Part shown: positions 59,363-64,000 of the stretch, in pieces
Numbering within the stretch: position 1 is the stretch's first letter
How the letters are laid out: each line of letters opens with the position of its first letter
Assembly: GCA_965227775.1 (NCBI GenBank)
Contig: OZ245777.1
Coordinates: 768,001 to 832,000, forward strand
DNA length: 64,000 nucleotides
Source of the DNA: Phycisphaerales bacterium
GTDB lineage: Bacteria > Planctomycetota > Phycisphaerae > Phycisphaerales > UBA1924
Direction: 5' to 3'
Notes under the pieces: model-generated
Told to the model about the DNA's origin: nothing
The model's input: the letters and a program-made list of their open reading frames with translations, nothing else
Databases searched by the model: none
Made by a program: the position numbers and the translations under genes

Positions 59363-60055
59363 ATGTGCACGGACGCTCTTCGCGAACGATTCTTTGACGT
59401 GTTGGTCTCAGGTGACCGCATCGAAGCCCGCCAGGTGGTGCTTCGGGCACTCGAGACCGGGGATTCGGCGGTCGATCTGATCGGCGAGCTCTATTGGCCC
59501 ACCTATGAGAAGGTTGAAAAGCTCTTCCGCAACGACCAGCTCACGAAGCTGAGCCACCATTACGCCACACGCCTGCTCCGCGTGCTGGCCGACCAGACGG
59601 CAGGGCTCATCGTGCCCAAGACCGGCAACGGGCGCAGCGTGGTGGTGGTGTGCGGGCCGCGAGACTCGGACGACCTCGCCGGCCAGCTGGCCGTCGACCT
59701 GCTGACCAGCGAGGGCTTCCGGGTGACGTACGGCGGCGGCGGCATCCCCAACGACGAGCTGCTTGCCGAAGTCAAGGACCGCGACCCCGCGGCCCTGCTC
59801 ATGTTCGCCTCGGGCGCCAACGACCTGCCGCACATCCGCGACCTGATCGACAGCATCCACGAGCAGTACCCCGAGCGGCAGATGCAAGTGGCCGTCGGCG
59901 GCGGCGTCTTCAACCGGGCGGAGGGCCTGGCAGAGGAGATCGGTGCCGACATCTGGGGCGAGCACCCGCTGGATGTGGTCGAGGCGCTGGTCGAAAAGGC
60001 CCACGTGCGGACTCCCCCGCGGCCGCGCCGCCGGCGTCGCAAGGCCGCCGCCTAA
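59363..60055 (+). CDS. Cobalamin-binding-domain protein (cap plus Rossmann), ligand His absent
   Basis: Four-helix cap-like N-terminus; GFRVTYGG; VGGGVF..AEEIGAD; DSDDLAG at the DxHxxG position. Confidence 0.8.
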   Translation: MCTDALRERFFDVLVSGDRIEARQVVLRALETGDSAVDLIGELYWPTYEKVEKLFRNDQLTKLSHHYATRLLRVLADQTAGLIVPKTGNGRSVVVVCGPRDSDDLAGQLAVDLLTSEGFRVTYGGGGIPNDELLAEVKDRDPAALLMFASGANDLPHIRDLIDSIHEQYPERQMQVAVGGGVFNRAEGLAEEIGADIWGEHPLDVVEALVEKAHVRTPPRPRRRRRKAAA

Positions 60056-60203
60056 GCCAGTCCCCTATCGCGACCTTGGGGAACCCGAAGCTCCCCGGGA
60101 CGAATCGGCCTGAGATGGCCGATGTTACTGGACCAGACCCTTCTTTGTGAGCCCATGCTCGGGTGCAACCCCAGCATGGGCTTGCGGTATAGTGGAGCAA
60201 GGC

Positions 60204-60830
60204 ATGGACCGCACGACCGAACACCACCTGATCCACGAGGCGCTCGCCGGCGATCGTTCGGCGGCTGCGGCGTTGATCCAGGCCCATCAGGCGTCGTTGT
60301 ATGCGTTCATGCTCCGAAGGTGCGGCCGGCCCGACATGGCCGAGGATGTGGTGCAGGAGGCGTTCGTTCGCGCGCTGACCAACCTGCACCGCTTCGACAC
60401 GCGCTTCCGGTTCTCGACGTGGCTGTTCACGATCGCCAAGCGGCTGCACTGCAACGTGGTGCAGAAGTGCGCCCCGGCATACGACAGCGATCTGGTTGCA
60501 TTCTCGGCCGACGATCTCGATGGCGACAACGAAGGCTTGGAGTCTCAGGAGTTGCGCGACCAGACGCGCAGCGACCTTGATGAGGCCCTTTCCCGCCTGC
60601 CCGAAACCCAGCGCGAAATCGTGGTTTTGTTCCACCAGTGCGACTGGCCGATCGCGCGCATTGCCGAACACTACCTGATGCCCGCGGGCACGGTCAAGAG
60701 CCACCTGCACCGTGGCCGTCGCAAGCTCCGCGTTGCGCTTGAGGCCATTCGTGCCGAGCGCGTCGCACGGCGTTCTGCCCAATCTCAGTCTCGTTCAGAG
60801 CACCGGGTCGATGGTGGGGTTGATCGATGA
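60204..60830 (+). CDS. ECF RNA polymerase sigma factor
   Basis: AEDVVQEAF, FSTWLFTIA, GTVKSHLHRGRRKL. Confidence 0.93.
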   Translation: MDRTTEHHLIHEALAGDRSAAAALIQAHQASLYAFMLRRCGRPDMAEDVVQEAFVRALTNLHRFDTRFRFSTWLFTIAKRLHCNVVQKCAPAYDSDLVAFSADDLDGDNEGLESQELRDQTRSDLDEALSRLPETQREIVVLFHQCDWPIARIAEHYLMPAGTVKSHLHRGRRKLRVALEAIRAERVARRSAQSQSRSEHRVDGGVDR

Positions 60831-61672
60831 GTCGGAAGGAAACGCACGAACATCAGAACGAGCCGGGCGCGCGCGAGCTGCTCGACGCCTATTTCGACGG
60901 CGAGCTCGATCGCGCTGGCAAGGCCAAGCTGCACGAGGCGCTGCGCGAGGATCATCTGCTCGTCGAGGAGTTCAACCGGACGAGCGAGGCGGTGTCGATG
61001 CTCCGCCAGAGCGCCTCGAACACCGGGCTCAGTGTTGATCTCTCCGAGCGCGTGCTTGCGCGGTGCGACGCGAAGCGCGGCTACCTAAACAAGCGCGGCC
61101 GCCGGTTTGTGCTGGCGGGTCGGTCCGCCGTTGCGATGGCGGCGCTCGCGCTGGTCGCGGGCGTGGTGGTCTGGGTGCGCATGACGCCGCCCGAGCTGCG
61201 CCTGACCGATGGACAGCGGCCACTGGGCGTGCTGCTGGAGAGCGGAAACCACGACGCGGCGAACCTGCGCATGGTGCCGCCCGGCGTGCAGCAAGACCTG
61301 GCCGATTCGGTCGATCAGAGCAAGGTCGAGCGCACGATCGTGTACGGCCTTCCGGCCGACTCTGCCGAGAGCTTCTCGACCTTCGGAGAGCGGGCGCCCG
61401 TTGCCGAGCAGCGCGCGATGGCGCGGCTCCCGTTGCTGGCTCGCTCGGTCGAGCCCAACGGCGGCTCGGTGAACGCCTGGCTCGCCGGCCCCATGCCCAT
61501 GGACCATCGCGCCGCGGCGAGCGTCGTGCCCGGGCCCGGAGCAATGGGCTGGTGGAATCGCCCGGCGCCGACCGCTTCGACGCTCGCGTTGCCCGGCGAG
61601 CGTCACCTGCTCATCCTGAAGGGTGAGCCGACGATCTTCGAACTGCTCGAAGCCGAGCGTGATCGGGAGTGA
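60827..61672 (+). CDS. Putative transmembrane anti-sigma factor
   Basis: ATGA overlap with the sigma gene; ELLDAYFDGELD anti-sigma-like N-terminus without HxxxCxxC; one TM. Confidence 0.75.
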   Translation: MSRKETHEHQNEPGARELLDAYFDGELDRAGKAKLHEALREDHLLVEEFNRTSEAVSMLRQSASNTGLSVDLSERVLARCDAKRGYLNKRGRRFVLAGRSAVAMAALALVAGVVVWVRMTPPELRLTDGQRPLGVLLESGNHDAANLRMVPPGVQQDLADSVDQSKVERTIVYGLPADSAESFSTFGERAPVAEQRAMARLPLLARSVEPNGGSVNAWLAGPMPMDHRAAASVVPGPGAMGWWNRPAPTASTLALPGERHLLILKGEPTIFELLEAERDRE

Positions 61673-63147
61673 CCCCCGTGCGTATCGCGTGGCTCGTCGT
61701 GGCGTTGATGGCTGCGGCCATCTCTCGCCCGGCTCATGCCCTCGCGAACGACGCGTACGGCGAAGAACTCTTCACAAGGCTGCCGGACAGCGTATCGGGC
61801 GCGTTCTCGATCGATGATGCGACGGCCCTTCGCACGAGCGAGGTTGGCGAGTCGATCCGCAAGTGGATGACCGAGCGCGGCGCGATGCCCCAGACGCGTC
61901 GCGCATGGACGCTGCTCTCGAATCGGCTCGGCGTGAGCGACGTCGAGGCGTTCGACGGCTTGCTTGGTGGCAACACCGTGCTCGCGTTTGGCCAGAAGGA
62001 TGAGGCCGCGCACATCGACTGGATGGTGCTCACCGCGGTCGACACCGCGATGGACGTCCGGCTGTTGCAGCGCACGCGTGCCGTGCCGCGCAAGCTGGCG
62101 TACGGCCGGGCGGTGCTGGGGCTCGAGGAAGAGTCGTTCCTGCTCGCGACACTCCCGCCGCTGCGTGATGGGCGAAGCGTCGTTGCGCTCGCGCCCGCTG
62201 GCGCCGAATGGCTGCTCTTGCGCACGCTCGCGGTGTCGGCGGGCAAGGCCGAAGCGGTCGACGCCGCGGTCTTGCGGACCGCCCCCACCGACGCCATCGT
62301 GCGCGGGTTCTGGGAGCCGTCAGGCGCAGCGGGCATCTTCAACGACATCGAGGGATGGTTCTGGGGGCCGTCGGAGCGCATGCACCGCGTCGCGGTGTGG
62401 GCGCGCACCGACGCGGCGACGGTTGAGATCGGCCTATGCCCCGCGGACGGAACCAAGGCCGTGGGACTCGCGCCCCCCGAATCGGCCGAGGACGTACTGC
62501 TCGATGTGGTCGGGCCGGGGTCGGCGATCGTGTCGAGTGTGCTGGAGCGGTCGGGGCTCGCGGGACTGATTCCCGAGGGTCTTCTCGTCACCAGGCAGAC
62601 CGGCGAGATCGTGGTTCGGCGTGGGCCGGACGGCATCGACCTGGGCGCCCGGCTGCCGCTCGCCGAACCGGTTGCCCACGCCATCGGGATGGACGCACCG
62701 CCCAAGGGTGAGATCGGCCAGGTCCGTGTTCGCGAACTCTCCGAGACGCCGTCGTCGCGCGCGATCTTCGGGCCCAAGCCGCAGCTCGCGTGGACGCTGC
62801 TGACCGAGGAGCCCGGTCGAGCGAAGCTGCTGGCCGCGGTGACCTCGGGCGAGGCCCGCGCGATCGTGAAGGGCGACGAGGCGAAGTCGGCGGCGGTCCA
62901 CATCGTGGGGCAGGCCATCGACCGACCGAACCCGACCACGCCCGGCGTGCACGGGACCGCCCACCCGAACGAGCTGTGGGAGCTGCTCAGCGGCACGCTG
63001 TCTTCCGAAGAACCAGCGACCGGGGCGAGCCCGGGGGTGGTGTCGATCCTGGCGCTGCTCGAGCGGGCGTCGTGGGCGGTCGAGGTGATATCGGGCGAGG
63101 TACGCGGCGGAATCGTGCTGGAATTGCGGGCCGGCGCGACGCCCTAG
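61669..63147 (+). CDS. Hypothetical exported protein co-transcribed with the ECF pair
   Basis: GTGA overlap; signal peptide (AHA-L). Confidence 0.7.
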   Translation: MTPVRIAWLVVALMAAAISRPAHALANDAYGEELFTRLPDSVSGAFSIDDATALRTSEVGESIRKWMTERGAMPQTRRAWTLLSNRLGVSDVEAFDGLLGGNTVLAFGQKDEAAHIDWMVLTAVDTAMDVRLLQRTRAVPRKLAYGRAVLGLEEESFLLATLPPLRDGRSVVALAPAGAEWLLLRTLAVSAGKAEAVDAAVLRTAPTDAIVRGFWEPSGAAGIFNDIEGWFWGPSERMHRVAVWARTDAATVEIGLCPADGTKAVGLAPPESAEDVLLDVVGPGSAIVSSVLERSGLAGLIPEGLLVTRQTGEIVVRRGPDGIDLGARLPLAEPVAHAIGMDAPPKGEIGQVRVRELSETPSSRAIFGPKPQLAWTLLTEEPGRAKLLAAVTSGEARAIVKGDEAKSAAVHIVGQAIDRPNPTTPGVHGTAHPNELWELLSGTLSSEEPATGASPGVVSILALLERASWAVEVISGEVRGGIVLELRAGATP

Positions 63148-63251
63148 CAACGCGCGCGGCGCCGGCCGCGACTACCCTTGCCTTCGCACGCTGAGATCGG
63201 CACCGGTGGCTCGCCGGCGACGCGGGATCTCCCCTTGGATTGCAATCTCTT

Positions 63252-64000
63252 ATGGCCGACGCAGGCATCCGGAACGTGGCGATCATCGCCCACGTCGATC
63301 ATGGCAAGACCTCGCTCGTGGACGGACTGCTCCGCCAGTCGGGCAACTTCCGCGCGGGCGAGCTCGAGAAGCTCGCCGGTGGGCGCGGCGATCTCATCAT
63401 GGATAGCAACCCGCTCGAACGCGAGCGGGGCATCACCATCCTCTCCAAGAACTGCGGCGTGCGCTACGCACGGCCCGATGGGCAGAACTTTGCCATCAAC
63501 ATTATTGATACGCCGGGCCACGCCGACTTCGGCGGAGAGGTCGAACGCGTGCTGCGCATGGCCGACGGCGCGCTGCTGCTGGTCGATGCATTCGAGGGCC
63601 CGATGCCCCAGACGCGCTTCGTGCTGGGCAAGGCGCTCGAGGCGGGACTGAAGCCGCTGGTGGTCATCAACAAGTGTGACCGCCCCGATGCGCGCCCGCA
63701 GGGCGTCATTAACGAGGTCTTCGACCTGCTCGTTGAGCTGGGCGCCGAAGACCACGCGATGGACTTCCCGGTAATCTACGCATCGGCCCGTGATGGTTGG
63801 GCCTCTGCCGAGCAGGGCGCGACGGGCACGGACCTGCGGCCGCTGTTCGAGGCGATCCTGGAGCACGTGCCCGTCCCCGACGACGACGCGAGCGCGCCGC
63901 TGCAGGCGCTCGTCACGACGCTGGCGTACAGCGAGTACGTCGGCCGAATCGGCATTGGCCGCGTGTTTGCCGGCGAGTTGCAGCAGGGCCAGACGGTCGC
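63252..64000 (+). CDS. typA: Translational GTPase TypA/BipA (3' truncated by window edge; absent from the ORF track)
   Basis: Manual translation: [68 protein letters not shown]. Confidence 0.95.
   Translation, partial: MADAGIRNVAIIAHVDHGKTSLVDGLLRQSGNFRAGELEKLAGGRGDLIMDSNPLERERGITILSKNCGVRYARPDGQNFAINIIDTPGHADFGGEVERVLRMADGALLLVDAFEGPMPQTRFVLGKALEAGLKPLVVINKCDRPDARPQGVINEVFDLLVELGAEDHAMDFPVIYASARDGWASAEQGATGTDLRPLFEAILEHVPVPDDDASAPLQALVTTLAYSEYVGRIGIGRVFAGELQQGQTV

Overview
GC-rich bacterial chromosomal window, most consistent with Planctomycetota/Phycisphaerales. Markers: a C-terminal GC-type dockerin repeat protein, a short 5S rRNA, a 23S-5S operon unlinked from 16S, and a murC-murB-ddl-ftsQ-like cluster with no ftsA/ftsZ after it. 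Most of the window is housekeeping: infA, efp, aroK, aroD/E, icd, sua5, recO, thiE, pilM operon, UDG, greA, menG, ECF sigma/anti-sigma, typA, tRNA-Gly. The most unusual part is a minus-strand unit at about 4890-2392, where roughly 1 kb of non-coding sequence precedes a single slipin (SPFH/band-7) gene. It holds a short-variable-arm tRNA-Leu(CAG), a tRNA-Tyr(GTA), two tRNA mimics lacking a canonical anticodon loop, an apparently circularly permuted tRNA-Ala-like element (TGC anticodon, G3.U70, A73 joined directly to G1) and a ~250-nt multi-stem structured RNA candidate. Other oddities: a membrane protein in frame with GreA, many putative leaderless genes (TANNNT 5 nt before the start codon), a reduced 23S rRNA and a candidate sRNA. 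No CRISPR, integrase or transposase was seen. All calls are by eye; no database searches or folding programs were run.
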